Of a DNA stretch of 64,000 nt, positions 29,081-38,983 are shown in pieces. The DNA is from Bauldia sp. (lineage in GTDB: Bacteria > Pseudomonadota > Alphaproteobacteria > Rhizobiales > Kaistiaceae): NCBI GenBank assembly GCA_036511595.1, contig DATCBY010000072.1:8877-72876 (forward strand). Direction: 5' to 3'. The translations under genes and the position numbers were made by a program. Numbering within the stretch: position 1 is the first letter of the stretch; each line of letters begins with the position of its first letter. The notes under the pieces were generated by a model. It worked only from the letters and a program-made list of their open reading frames with translations. It did no database searches and was not told where the DNA came from.

Positions 29081-30751
29081 TCAGGCCGCGCCGCGTATCA
29101 GGCGATCCGCAGCGGCGCGGGCTTCATCGGTGATGGTAGCGCCGGCGAGCATTCGGGCGATTTCCTCCCGGCGAGTGCGGGCGTCGAGCGGGGTCAGGCT
29201 TGTGACGACGGCATCGCCACCTTTCGACGCGCGTTTGGCGACGAGCAGGTGAGCGCCGGCGCGCGCCGCAACCTGCGGCGCGTGGGTGACAGACAGTACT
29301 TGCACACGCTCGGCGAGGCGCGCAAGGCGCACTCCGATGGCATCAGCGACGGCGCCGCCAACTGCTGTATCGATCTCGTCGAACACCAGCGTCGCGGCCG
29401 ACCCGCGATCCGCCAAGGCGACTTTAAGCGCCAGCAGAAAACGCGCGAGTTCGCCACCCGAAGCAACCTTCATCAGCGGGCCGGGCGCGGTGCCGGGATT
29501 TGTACGGACTGTGAAGCTGACTTCGTCGATGCCCTGCTCCCCCGCCCGCGCCGGATTGCTTTCGATGGCGACGATGAACGCCGCCCGCTCAAGCCGCAGC
29601 GCGGGCAACTCGGATGTCACGGCCTTTTCGAGCCGGCCAGCGGCCTTGCGGCGCGCTTTGGAGAGCGCCTGCGCGCGAACGTCATAGGCGGAACGAGCGG
29701 CAACGGCTTCCTTTTCCAGAGCGGCCAGCCGTTCCTCTCCCGATTCCAGCGCAGCAAGGTCGGCGGTCATACGCTCGGCGAGCGCCGGCAAATCGGCGAC
29801 GGTGATATTGTGCTTGCGCGCGGCGGCGCGGAGCGCAAACAGCCGCTCCTCGGTACGCTCCAGCTCCTTCGGATCAAAGGATGTGGCGGCGATGGCCGCA
29901 TCCAGGGCACGCTCGGCGTCCTCCAAGCCCTTTAGCGCCCGGTCGATGGCGGCAATCCCGCCGTCAAGCAGTCCGCCGGCGGCCGCAGCCTTGCGTTCGA
30001 GACGGCGCACCAGGCTCGCAAGCGTCGGCACCGGAGATGCCGCGCCAGCCACCACCTCATGAGCCTCGATCACGTCCGCGGCAACCTTCTCGGCACGCAT
30101 CATCTCGGAGCGACGATCCGCAAGCACCGATTCTTCGCCGGACTTTGGCGCCAGCTTTGTAAGCTCGTCCACCGCTGCACGAAGGTAATCCGCCTCGGCG
30201 CGTGCTGAGGCGATGCGCGCTTTCAAGGTCTCGACGGCTTCGACGGCGGCGCGCCAGGCAGCATGGACGCTGCGCACCTCATCAACGCTTGGTCCGAGGC
30301 CATCGAAGGCGTCAAGCAGCGTGCGATGAGCGCTCGCGTCGATCATCGCGCGGTCATCGTGCTGGCCGTGGATTTCGACCAGCGCGGCACCGACCTGGCG
30401 CAGAAGCGTCGCCGACACCGGCTGGTCGTTGATAAACGCGCGGCTGCGACCATCGGTGCCCTGCACGCGGCGCAGGATGAGATCACCCCCGGCATCGAGG
30501 CCGCTCTCTCGCATGAGACGGCGGACGGGATGCTTGTCGTCAACAGCAAACACTGCGGTGACGTCACCTTGCGGCGCACCAGTCCGCACCAACGAGGCAT
30601 CCCCTCGCGCGCCGAGCGCCAATGAGAGTGAATCGAGCAAGATCGACTTGCCAGCGCCGGTCTCGCCGGTGAGCACGGTCATGCCCGGCCCGAAATCCAC
30701 GCTTAGCCGGTCGATGATGACTATGTCACGGATGGCCAGGGCAACCAGCAT
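29081..30751 (-). CDS. recN: DNA repair protein RecN
   Basis: Walker A GETGAGKSILLDSL, a long coiled-coil middle, and C-terminal SGGELARFLLALK plus LVFDEIDTAVGG. 556 aa. Confidence 0.95.
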   Translation of the reverse strand: MLVALAIRDIVIIDRLSVDFGPGMTVLTGETGAGKSILLDSLSLALGARGDASLVRTGAPQGDVTAVFAVDDKHPVRRLMRESGLDAGGDLILRRVQGTDGRSRAFINDQPVSATLLRQVGAALVEIHGQHDDRAMIDASAHRTLLDAFDGLGPSVDEVRSVHAAWRAAVEAVETLKARIASARAEADYLRAAVDELTKLAPKSGEESVLADRRSEMMRAEKVAADVIEAHEVVAGAASPVPTLASLVRRLERKAAAAGGLLDGGIAAIDRALKGLEDAERALDAAIAATSFDPKELERTEERLFALRAAARKHNITVADLPALAERMTADLAALESGEERLAALEKEAVAARSAYDVRAQALSKARRKAAGRLEKAVTSELPALRLERAAFIVAIESNPARAGEQGIDEVSFTVRTNPGTAPGPLMKVASGGELARFLLALKVALADRGSAATLVFDEIDTAVGGAVADAIGVRLARLAERVQVLSVTHAPQVAARAGAHLLVAKRASKGGDAVVTSLTPLDARTRREEIARMLAGATITDEARAAADRLIRGAA

Positions 30752-30766
30752 GGTGCCGCCCTAAAA

Positions 30767-31651
30767 TCAGGCCGGGTGCGCGCCAAAAAGCTTGCTGATC
30801 CACGACGCCTTGTTCTCGTGCGGACTGAGGCCGCCGGTCTGCAGGAGGCTATAGGCGTTCTTGTACCAGGGACTGTCCGGGAAGTTATGACCAAGTACAG
30901 CGGCTGCCGTCTGCGCCTCGTCGCTGAGCCCCATGGCCAGGTTTGCTTCGGTGAGCCGTTCCAACGCCTCCTCGACGTGGCGCGTGTCCTGATAGTCGGT
31001 CAGGACGGTCTTGAAGCGATTGATCGCCGCGATGTAGTCGCGCTGCTCGAGATAGTAGCGCCCGATCTGCATCTCCTTGCCCGCCAGTTGGTCGCGCGCA
31101 ACGATGATCTTGTTCTTGGCATCGCCCGCGTATTCGGAATCGGGATAGCGGTCGATGATCTGTTGCAATGCGTCCATCGCCTTCTTCGTGGCGTCCTGGT
31201 CGCGGGTCACATCGGGGATCTGGTGGAAATAGGACGAGCCTATCAGGTACTGCGCGTAAGCGACGTCCGGGCTACCCGGGTAAAGGGTCAGATAGCGATT
31301 GGCCGTCGACACGGTATCGCTGTACTGCGCCCGGCGGTAGCTGGCGAATGCCGACATGATGAGGGCCTTTCGCGCTTCCTCTGAATAGGGATGCTGCTGG
31401 TCAACCGAATTGAAGTTCTTGACGGCGTCGCGCAGTTTTCCGCCGTTAAGGTTGGCGAGACCTTCATTGTAAAGTTCGCCCGCCGGCTTGTCGTCAGCGA
31501 AGGCGTCCTTTGTCGCGTCCTTGTTTGTATTGCACGCCGCCAGCAACAGCGTCGCGGCGATAAAGGTAAGTAGGCGCAGCGCCGCCAGCGAGCCGATCGG
31601 TTGACATGCCGTTGCGTTCAAGTCCTGCCCCGCTCGAAGGCGCCTCATCAA
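30767..31651 (-). CDS. bamD: Outer membrane protein assembly factor BamD
   Basis: Lipobox LLLAAC, TPR-like repeats, YAQYLIGSSYF and RYPDSEYAGDA blocks. It ends 15 nt upstream of the recN start. Confidence 0.9.
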   Translation of the reverse strand: MMRRLRAGQDLNATACQPIGSLAALRLLTFIAATLLLAACNTNKDATKDAFADDKPAGELYNEGLANLNGGKLRDAVKNFNSVDQQHPYSEEARKALIMSAFASYRRAQYSDTVSTANRYLTLYPGSPDVAYAQYLIGSSYFHQIPDVTRDQDATKKAMDALQQIIDRYPDSEYAGDAKNKIIVARDQLAGKEMQIGRYYLEQRDYIAAINRFKTVLTDYQDTRHVEEALERLTEANLAMGLSDEAQTAAAVLGHNFPDSPWYKNAYSLLQTGGLSPHENKASWISKLFGAHPA

Positions 31652-31799
31652 ATGAGAGGCCGCATTCGCCTTTTGCTCGTGTCTTTGATCGTGCTGGTTT
31701 AGCCGAAGCTCACCGATTCCGCCAACCCGGATGACAGGCCAATGGCGCGAATTTGTGGCGAAGTGACCGCTGCTGCGCCGAATGCCATGGCAAACGGGC

Positions 31800-32756
31800 T
31801 CAGGAGGCGTCAGGACCGTAGGCGATCGCCCCTAGTGCCGGCACGGCACCGGCCGCCGCGTCCACGCGTACGTCGCGACGAACAGGAACTTCCGTCATCG
31901 TCCAGGCGTCGGTGTCGGCAAACAGTGCCTCCAGCGCCTTGAAGTTCAGGTGGTGGCCGCCGCGATAGGAGCGATAGCAACCCAATATCGGCGCGCCGGC
32001 GAGGGAGAGGTCGCCGATCGCATCAAGCACCTTGTGCCGGGCGAACTCGTCGGCGAAACGCAAGCCTTCCGGATTGATCACGCGGTCGTCGCCGATAACC
32101 ACGGCGTTCTCAAGCGAAGCACCCCGCGCGAGGCCTTTCGCCCACATCTGTTCGACGTCGGCGAGGAAGCCGAATGTCCGCGCTCGAGCGATATCGCGGC
32201 GGAAAGACTCCGAATCAATATTGGCGGCAAACTGCTGCCGGCCGATCAGCGGATTCTTGAAATCGATCTCAACTTCGATGCGGCGACCGTTGTAGGGCGT
32301 GAACTCGGCAACGGACTGGCCGATCGCGATCCGCACAGGCTTCAGAACCTTGAGATAACGTAACGGCGCGTCCAACCTAGCTATACCGGCCCGATCAATC
32401 GCGGCGATAAACGCACCGGCGCTGCCATCCATCACAGGCACTTCCGGTCCGTCGATTTCGACCGTTACGTTGTCAACACCGAGCGCACTAAGTGCTGCCA
32501 TCAGATGCTCGATGGTAGCGACGGCCGCGCCACGCACGCCAACCGAGGTGCATAACTCGGTCGCGTTTACATGGCTAAATCGCGCTGGAATTTCGCCGTC
32601 GTGGCTGTCGGCGACATCGGTGCGAACGAAATTCACACCGCTGTCAACGTCGGCAGGATGGAGCGTAATCGACACTTCGCGGCCGCTGTGCACCCCGATG
32701 CCCGACACGGTCGCACGCCGACGCAAGGTCGACTGCCGTCCCCGCCGTCCCGTCAT
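31800..32756 (-). CDS. lpxC: UDP-3-O-acyl-N-acetylglucosamine deacetylase
   Basis: RQSTLRRRATVSGIGVHSGREVSITLHPADVDSGVNFVRTD, HKVLDAIGDLSL and HHLN. The start was trimmed to MTGRRGRQ (ATG 32754-56) by comparison with typical LpxC N-termini. Confidence 0.92.
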   Translation of the reverse strand: MTGRRGRQSTLRRRATVSGIGVHSGREVSITLHPADVDSGVNFVRTDVADSHDGEIPARFSHVNATELCTSVGVRGAAVATIEHLMAALSALGVDNVTVEIDGPEVPVMDGSAGAFIAAIDRAGIARLDAPLRYLKVLKPVRIAIGQSVAEFTPYNGRRIEVEIDFKNPLIGRQQFAANIDSESFRRDIARARTFGFLADVEQMWAKGLARGASLENAVVIGDDRVINPEGLRFADEFARHKVLDAIGDLSLAGAPILGCYRSYRGGHHLNFKALEALFADTDAWTMTEVPVRRDVRVDAAAGAVPALGAIAYGPDAS

Positions 32757-32969
32757 GAGCAACCTACGCCCCAATCCAGACCCCGCCGCCAATGCGGCCC
32801 GAGACCAGCGAGCGGGCAAAAGTTTCAGGACCGGCATGCAAATTCGCCTTTCAGGCGATCCAGGTTCCCGCGGGTTGCCCCACCGCTGTCCTCATTTGCA
32901 AGAGTAAGGAGGTGACGGGCGATTCTCCAATCACGCTTGGTATCCGCCTGTTACCCGGTTATGCACCCC

Positions 32970-32978
32970 TTATCCACA
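32970..32978 (+). promoter_or_regulatory. Perfect DnaA box TTATCCACA, with two degenerate boxes just upstream
   Basis: TTATCCACA lies at 32970-78. TTATGCACC (32959-67) and GTATCCGCC (32940-48) have the same orientation. All three sit in the ftsZ-lpxC spacer. Confidence 0.35.
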
Positions 32979-33017
32979 GGGCAAATGGACCGAAAGCGTT
33001 TACGCAGCAACTACATA

Positions 33018-33049
33018 GCGGCCGGGTTCCGAAGACGAAAACCGGCCGC
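33018..33049 (-). terminator. Stem-loop downstream of ftsZ (possible terminator or processing site)
   Basis: Minus-strand GCGGCCGGTTTTCGTCTTCGGAACCCGGCCGC has 8 outer GC pairs and about 5 inner pairs around a TCTT loop. It starts 29 nt after the ftsZ stop. The trailing sequence TATGTAGTTG is only weakly U-rich. Confidence 0.5.
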
Positions 33050-33077
33050 ATCAAGTCAATACAAACCGTCTACGGCG

Positions 33078-34760
33078 TCAGTTCGCCTGACGGCGCAGGA
33101 ACGCCGGAATCTCCAACTCATCGTCCTGAGGCCGGGCCGCGGGCACCGTGCGCCCGTGGGGGTCGAGATCGCCTTGCTGAGGCCTATAAAGCGGCGCCTC
33201 CGGTTTTGTCTGCGGCCGGACTGTACCTTGCGTCGGGCGGGCCTGAGGTGGCGCCGTCCGAGAGGGCTGGGCCGCCTGACGCGGCGCCGGGCGCTGAATT
33301 TGCGGCTGGACCTTCACCGGCACCCCTTCCTCCTCGCGACGGCCAAGACCGACGTTGGCCAACCGGCGCAAGAGGCTCATCGGGCCGCGATCCTCGTGGG
33401 GTTCGCGTTGCGGCGGCCGCTGGCGGGCCTCGATTTGACGCTGCACAACCGGCGGAAAATCCTCCACCCGCGGAATGCGGGCCGGCGCTTCGGGAGCCGG
33501 CGGGATGAACGGGGCTTCGGCCGAGGCATCGACTTCGTCGTCCATCATCGCTTCCAGTTCGCTGCCTTCGACCATGCCGTCGTCGTAGGCTGCCTGATTG
33601 TCGAAGGCCGGAGCAGGAGCCGGCCGGGGCAGCGGACGCGGGGAAACAGGAGCCGTGGCGCGCATCACCGGAGCGGCCGGCGGGGCGGCCTGCACTGGCG
33701 GCAGAGCCGCTTTCGGCAGAACGCTCCGCAGACGCTGGCTCAGCTGCTCGGCCGCACGGGCCTCCACAGAGGAAGGCGCGGTCTCGGCCCGCGTTTCACT
33801 CTCGATACCGGTAGCAACCACCGATACCCGAATAATGCCTTCCAGCGCCTCCTCAAAGGTGGCGCCCAGGATGATGTTGGCGTCGGGATCGACTTCCTCG
33901 CGGATGCGGGTGGCGGCTTCGTCCACCTCGAACAAGGTGAGATCCTTGCCGCCCGTGATCGAGATGAGCAGGCCCTTGGCACCGCGCATCGATGTCTCGT
34001 CGAGCAGCGGATTGGCGATGGCGGCTTCCGCTGCCTGGGTCGCACGGCGCTCGCCGGAGGCTTCGCCGGTGCCCATCATCGCCTTGCCCATTTCACGCAT
34101 CACCGAACGTACGTCGGCAAAGTCAAGGTTGATCAGGCCTTCCTTGACCATCAGGTCGGTGATGCACGCAACGCCCGAATAGAGCACCTGGTCCGCCATC
34201 GCGAAAGCATCGGCGAACGTGGTCTTCTCGTTGGCAATGCGGAAGAGATTCTGGTTGGGGATGACGATCAGCGTGTCGACGCAGGCCGCCAGCTCCTTGA
34301 TGCCCGCATCGGCTATCCGCATGCGCCGCACGCCTTCGAACTGGAACGGCTTGGTGACGACGCCGACAGTGAGAATGCCCTGCTCGCGCGCAAGGCGCGC
34401 AATGATCGGCGCCGCACCGGTGCCGGTGCCGCCGCCCATGCCGGCGGTTACAAACACCATGTGCGAGCCGGTCAGGTGGTCGGTGATCTCGCCGATCGCT
34501 TCTTCGGCGGCGGCACGGCCGACTTCCGGCTGCGAGCCGGCACCGAGCCCCTCGGTAACGGCGACGCCCATTTGGATGAGACGCTCGGCCCTGGACGAGG
34601 TCAGCGCCTGCGAGTCCGTATTGGCGACGACGAACTCGCAGCCCTGCAGCCCCGACCGGATCATGTTGTTGACCGCGTTGCCACCGGCCCCGCCGACACC
34701 GAACACGGTGATCTTCGGCTTCAGTTCCTTGATGTCCGGCATTTTTAGATTGAGTGTCAT
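33078..34760 (-). CDS. ftsZ: Cell division protein FtsZ (long-linker alphaproteobacterial form)
   Basis: [17 protein letters not shown] and [12 protein letters not shown] (tubulin signature), then a ~220-aa Pro/Ala/Gln-rich linker and the C-terminal peptide [23 protein letters not shown] lies 5 nt before the ATG. Confidence 0.97.
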   Translation of the reverse strand: MTLNLKMPDIKELKPKITVFGVGGAGGNAVNNMIRSGLQGCEFVVANTDSQALTSSRAERLIQMGVAVTEGLGAGSQPEVGRAAAEEAIGEITDHLTGSHMVFVTAGMGGGTGTGAAPIIARLAREQGILTVGVVTKPFQFEGVRRMRIADAGIKELAACVDTLIVIPNQNLFRIANEKTTFADAFAMADQVLYSGVACITDLMVKEGLINLDFADVRSVMREMGKAMMGTGEASGERRATQAAEAAIANPLLDETSMRGAKGLLISITGGKDLTLFEVDEAATRIREEVDPDANIILGATFEEALEGIIRVSVVATGIESETRAETAPSSVEARAAEQLSQRLRSVLPKAALPPVQAAPPAAPVMRATAPVSPRPLPRPAPAPAFDNQAAYDDGMVEGSELEAMMDDEVDASAEAPFIPPAPEAPARIPRVEDFPPVVQRQIEARQRPPQREPHEDRGPMSLLRRLANVGLGRREEEGVPVKVQPQIQRPAPRQAAQPSRTAPPQARPTQGTVRPQTKPEAPLYRPQQGDLDPHGRTVPAARPQDDELEIPAFLRRQAN

Positions 34761-34858
34761 GGCATCCTCGTCCCGTCTTGACCCCTAGTCGGCCGTACGC
34801 GCGTCCCGCCGGCCTCGTTCGTCCCTTTCGGGCGCCGCCGCCGCGGCCGCCCGGAAAC

Positions 34859-36172
34859 CTAGAAACTTCTCCTGAACCAGTCGCCGACGCGGGCGAAATA
34901 ACCGCCGGTCCCCGTCATGGCGAATTGCGGCTCGCGATCGTCCATCAGTTCCATCTGAGCGACCTGCGGGTAAATCATCAATCCGACGGCTACGGCGAAG
35001 GCCGGGCCCTTGGCGACGTCGGGCAGGCCCGCAACGCCGAGCGGCCGGCCGAGGCGCATATCGCGGGCAAGCACGCGCCGTGCCGCCTCGCCAAGACCGG
35101 TGAGCTGGCTGGCTCCGCCGGTGATGACAAGACGGCGGCCAAACATCGAAGCAAACCCCGACACGTTAAGGCGATCGCGCACAAGTTCGAGAATCTCGTC
35201 GACGCGTGGGCGAATGATCCGCGTCAGCGCCGAGCGCGGCACCTGTGTGCCACCCGCGTGCTCATCGTCATCGCCTACCGGCTGCACGGAGAGCACCTCG
35301 CGATCGTCCGCCAGACCAGGCAGCGCACTGCCGTACATTGTCTTCAGCCGCTCGGCGTCCTCGACGCGCGTCGACAGGCCGCGGGCAATGTCGCTGGTGA
35401 TGTGATGACCACCAACGGCCACGGCATCGACGTGGACAAACTTGCCACGATCAAAGACGGCGATTGTGGTGGTGGTCGCGCCGAGATCGATGACCGCGCA
35501 ACCGAGTTCGGCCTCGTCGTCGGTGAGGACAGCAAGACTCGCAGCGTACGGCGAGGCGACCATCGCCTCAATCGAAAGATGGCAGCGATTGACCGCGAGT
35601 TCGAGGTTGCGCAGGGGCGGCTGGTCGGCGGTGACCATATGCATGGTGACACCCAGCCGCTCGCCCACCATCCCGAGCGGATCCGCGATGCCTCCTGCCC
35701 CGTCGATCGAGAACGCAGTCGGCAGCGCATGAACCGCAGTCCGCCCGGCTATGACCGAATGGCGGCGACCGACTGCCAGCACCTCGCCGATGTCCATCTC
35801 TGTGATCGGCAAGCCGGCGAGCGCGATGGAGGCGGAAGTAGGTTCGCTGCCGAGGCGGCCGGCGGAAACGTTGACTATAAGCGATTCGGCAGTCACCCCG
35901 GCCATGCGCTCGGCTGCATCGACCGTCAGGCGAATTGCCTGCTCGGCGTTGTCGAGATTGGCAATCGCGCCGGACTTGATGCCACGCGAGCGCTGATGCC
36001 CGATGCCGATAATCTCGATGGAGTGGGTCCGCCCTCGCGGGGCCTCGCCCGGCAAAGCAGGCGTGAGCCGTCCGACGAGACAGCAGATTTTGCTCGACCC
36101 GATGTCGAGGACGGAGACGATTGTCGAGCGGCGCGACGAGCCGCGACCCTCGGAATTCGCGAACAGACCCAT
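34859..36172 (-). CDS. ftsA: Cell division protein FtsA
   Basis: Actin-like ATPase blocks VLDIGSSKICCLV, VIDLGATTTTIAVF and VITGGASQLTGL. Its position between ftsQ and ftsZ fits. Confidence 0.95.
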   Translation of the reverse strand: MGLFANSEGRGSSRRSTIVSVLDIGSSKICCLVGRLTPALPGEAPRGRTHSIEIIGIGHQRSRGIKSGAIANLDNAEQAIRLTVDAAERMAGVTAESLIVNVSAGRLGSEPTSASIALAGLPITEMDIGEVLAVGRRHSVIAGRTAVHALPTAFSIDGAGGIADPLGMVGERLGVTMHMVTADQPPLRNLELAVNRCHLSIEAMVASPYAASLAVLTDDEAELGCAVIDLGATTTTIAVFDRGKFVHVDAVAVGGHHITSDIARGLSTRVEDAERLKTMYGSALPGLADDREVLSVQPVGDDDEHAGGTQVPRSALTRIIRPRVDEILELVRDRLNVSGFASMFGRRLVITGGASQLTGLGEAARRVLARDMRLGRPLGVAGLPDVAKGPAFAVAVGLMIYPQVAQMELMDDREPQFAMTGTGGYFARVGDWFRRSF

Positions 36173-37089
36173 CAGGTGTTCGTCCTTCCGCGGATGGCCT
36201 TGTCGCGCGCCTTCAATTCGGCGGCGTGGGCATCGACGCCCGCCTGGGTGAGCCGGACGATCATCTGGCCCGGCTGGCGGAGATCGACGGCGGTGATTTC
36301 GCGGGAAAGCAAGCCGTGGTCGTGGTCGAGCCCGACTATGGTGGACAGTGCAGCTTGCGGATCTTCGGACGGCAGCATCAGCGCGATGCCATTCTTGAGC
36401 AGGATCGTCCAGCGGCTCTCGGAGACAAGGACGCCGGCCTTCGCTTGACCCGCGATGCCCGGCTGATTGGCTAGCAGCGCCGCATAGTCGGCCGCCTTGT
36501 CTGCAGCGCCGGTGCCGACGACGCGCGGCAGCGCCTCGTACTGGTCGCTGACGTCGTCGGTAATGACCTTGCCGGCACGATCGATGAGTGAGACCACGCT
36601 GTCGTGCTGCCAGGTTGCGTACGCGTCGCGCTCAACGACGCCGATCTCGACGGTATCGGGATAGAGCTTTTTGAGCGTTGCCTCCTTGACCCACGGCAGC
36701 GCTTCGATGCGCGCCTTGGCGGCGTCAAGATTGAGCGTTAGCAGCGACGGATAGGTGCCGATGTCGAGCGCCGAGAGGACGTCGACCTCGGAGGTTTCGC
36801 TCTGTCCGGTAATTTTGACGTTCTGGATGGCGAATCCGGCCCACGCGGTGGTGGCGGACAGAACAGTCATCCCGTTGCCACCGATGACCACGCCGGCAAT
36901 CACGGTGCACACAAACAGCGCCGCGAGCCCCTTCAATCCGAAATGGCGCGGCAGCTTCCAGTCGACGCGCCGGAACGCCCGCACCGGCCGCCGAAGGAAC
37001 CGCGGCAATACAAGAGCGCGCTTTGCTCGGGCGCGCACCGCCTCGGCATCGACCGCGACATCGGCAATGTTACCGGCTAACGATTGCAA
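36172..37089 (-). CDS. ftsQ: Cell division protein FtsQ
   Basis: Single TM ([17 protein letters not shown]), a POTRA-like block ([21 protein letters not shown]) and cluster position. There is a 1-nt stop/start overlap with ftsA. Confidence 0.9.
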   Translation of the reverse strand: MQSLAGNIADVAVDAEAVRARAKRALVLPRFLRRPVRAFRRVDWKLPRHFGLKGLAALFVCTVIAGVVIGGNGMTVLSATTAWAGFAIQNVKITGQSETSEVDVLSALDIGTYPSLLTLNLDAAKARIEALPWVKEATLKKLYPDTVEIGVVERDAYATWQHDSVVSLIDRAGKVITDDVSDQYEALPRVVGTGAADKAADYAALLANQPGIAGQAKAGVLVSESRWTILLKNGIALMLPSEDPQAALSTIVGLDHDHGLLSREITAVDLRQPGQMIVRLTQAGVDAHAAELKARDKAIRGRTNT

Positions 37090-37997
37090 GACGCATCCTC
37101 GACCATCCAGCGCACCAAGGCCCGGAAATCCATGCCGGCATAAGCCGCCATTTCCGGAACCAGAGACGTCGCCGTCATGCCGGGCTGCGTGTTCACCTCG
37201 AGACAGATGAGACCCTGTGTCCCCTCGAGTCGGTCGTCGTACCGAAAGTCGGCGCGGCTTACCCCACGGCAGCCCAAAGCCTGATGGGCGCGTAGTGCAA
37301 GCATCCGTACATTTTGGTAAATAATTGATGAAATTTGTGCCGGAAGAATATGTTTTGAGCCACCTGCGACATACTTGGCATCATAGTCGTAGAACCGACC
37401 CTGCGTAACGATATCAATGACATCGAGGGGTTCGTCGCCGCGAACGGCACAGGTAAGCTCCCTTCCGCCGATGTAGCGTTCGACCATGACCATTTCACCG
37501 AAGGTCCAGTCCTCGCCGTAAAGCTGCTGCGGCGGATGCGTTTGATCCTCACGCACTATCAGCACGCCGAAGCTCGACCCCTCCGCCGGCGGCTTGACCA
37601 CATAGGGGGGCGCCATGACGTGCGCCTTGGCTGCTTCGAAGCGACTGACCAGCACCGCATCGGCAACCGGAACCCCGGCCGCCTTCATCACGTCCTTGGC
37701 CTTCGGCTTGTTCATGGCGAGCGCAGAAGCGAGCACGCCCGAATGCGTATAGGGGATCGACAGAACCTCCAGGATGCCCTGGATGCTGCCATCCTCGCCG
37801 TAGGGTCCGTGGAGAGCGTTGAAGGCGACGTCCGGCTTCAGCCGCGCCAGCACCTCGGCCACGTCGCGACCTACATCGACGCGACTTACGCGAAAGCCGC
37901 CGGCCTCTAGGGCGTCGGCGCAAGCCTTGCCGGAGTTGAGCGAAACTGGGCGCTCGCTCGACCAGCCGCCCATGAGAACCGCGACGTGTTGGCTCAT
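37077..37997 (-). CDS. ddl: D-alanine--D-alanine ligase
   Basis: [38 protein letters not shown] and an ATP-grasp C-terminus ([10 protein letters not shown]). The start is at MSQHVAV (ATG 37995-97), overlapping the murB stop (ATGA). Confidence 0.95.
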   Translation of the reverse strand: MSQHVAVLMGGWSSERPVSLNSGKACADALEAGGFRVSRVDVGRDVAEVLARLKPDVAFNALHGPYGEDGSIQGILEVLSIPYTHSGVLASALAMNKPKAKDVMKAAGVPVADAVLVSRFEAAKAHVMAPPYVVKPPAEGSSFGVLIVREDQTHPPQQLYGEDWTFGEMVMVERYIGGRELTCAVRGDEPLDVIDIVTQGRFYDYDAKYVAGGSKHILPAQISSIIYQNVRMLALRAHQALGCRGVSRADFRYDDRLEGTQGLICLEVNTQPGMTATSLVPEMAAYAGMDFRALVRWMVEDASCNR

Positions 37998-38983
37998 CGG
38001 GCCAGGAACTCCCTGATCGAGGCACCTTCGCGCAAGCGGCCCACCCGCTTGATCTCCCATTCCAGCCGAACGCCGCTGGTCTCCAGCACGCGACCACGAA
38101 CCGTTTCGCCGAGCTGTTCGAGATCGTGCGCGGTTGCCGGACCGGTGTTGATCAAAAAGTTGCAGTGCATTTCCGAAACCATCGCGCCGCCAATGTGCAG
38201 CCCACGACAGCCGGCGGCATCGATTAGTTGCCACGCCTTCTGGCCCGGCGGGTTGGCGAAGGTGGAACCGCCGGTTTTCTCACGGATCGGCTGGGCGGTT
38301 TCGCGGTGATGCTCGACCGCATCCATCTCGGCTTTGATTGCAGCCGCATCGGCGGGCTGGCCGCGGAAAAGCGCGTCGGTGAAAATCAGGCTATCGGCTG
38401 CTGCCGAGTGTCGGTAGGCGAACCCCATATCCGCATTGCTGAGAGTTTGGCGTTTGCCCTGCCGATCGACGGCATTAGCCTCGATCAGAACGTCGCGCGT
38501 CTCGCCGCCGCTGGCGCCCGCGTTCATGCGCAGCGCGCCGCCAACGGTGCCGGGTATACCATGGTAAAATGCGAGCCCACCGAGGCTTTGCTCGAGCGCA
38601 AACGACGCAAGCCGTTTGTCCGGCAGAGCGGCACCGGCGCGAACGCAATAGCCTGGCTCGCTCAAGGCCTGGCCAAACCCTTTCGCCGACAGGCGGATGG
38701 TGACGCCAGGGATGCCACTATCGCGCACCAACAGATTCGAGCCGACGCCGATCACCGTGACGGGCGTTTGGGAATCCAGTCGTGACAGGAACAGCGCCAG
38801 ATCGTCTGCATCCGCAGGCTGGAACAGCAACTCGGCCGGCCCACCGACACGAAACCAGGTGAACGGCGCCAGCTCCGCGTTAGGCGTCAGGCGGCCGCGG
38901 ACACCATTGAAGTCGCCGAAGGATGCGCGCGCGTTCACGACGGCCGCAATTTCGCCAGTTGATCCGGCAGCGCGCACGCCCAC
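37994..38983 (-). CDS. murB: UDP-N-acetylmuramate dehydrogenase
   Basis: [28 protein letters not shown] and GGSTFANP. The alternative GTG start at 38938 overlaps the murC stop (GTGA) and may be the real start. Confidence 0.93.
   Translation of the reverse strand: MGVRAAGSTGEIAAVVNARASFGDFNGVRGRLTPNAELAPFTWFRVGGPAELLFQPADADDLALFLSRLDSQTPVTVIGVGSNLLVRDSGIPGVTIRLSAKGFGQALSEPGYCVRAGAALPDKRLASFALEQSLGGLAFYHGIPGTVGGALRMNAGASGGETRDVLIEANAVDRQGKRQTLSNADMGFAYRHSAAADSLIFTDALFRGQPADAAAIKAEMDAVEHHRETAQPIREKTGGSTFANPPGQKAWQLIDAAGCRGLHIGGAMVSEMHCNFLINTGPATAHDLEQLGETVRGRVLETSGVRLEWEIKRVGRLREGASIREFLAR

Noticed and set aside
30752-30900. Search for an alphaproteobacterial LexA box (GTTC-N7-GTTC / GAAC-N7-GAAC) upstream of recN
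   Set aside because: No correctly spaced repeat was found within about 150 nt upstream of the recN ATG. Only 15 nt separate it from bamD. The nearest candidates (for example GTTCtcgtgcgGACT) fail the second half-site. I therefore make no SOS-box claim.
32792-33508. Plus-strand ORF following the TAAGGAGGTGA Shine-Dalgarno-like sequence
   Set aside because: The only in-frame start would be the GTG inside the SD itself (zero spacing). The ORF runs antisense into ftsZ with junk composition. The motif is kept as an observation, not as a gene.
32937-36448. 603-aa and 564-aa plus-strand ORFs (32937..34748 and 34754..36448)
   Set aside because: Both are shadow ORFs antisense to ftsZ and ftsA, with no domain signatures.
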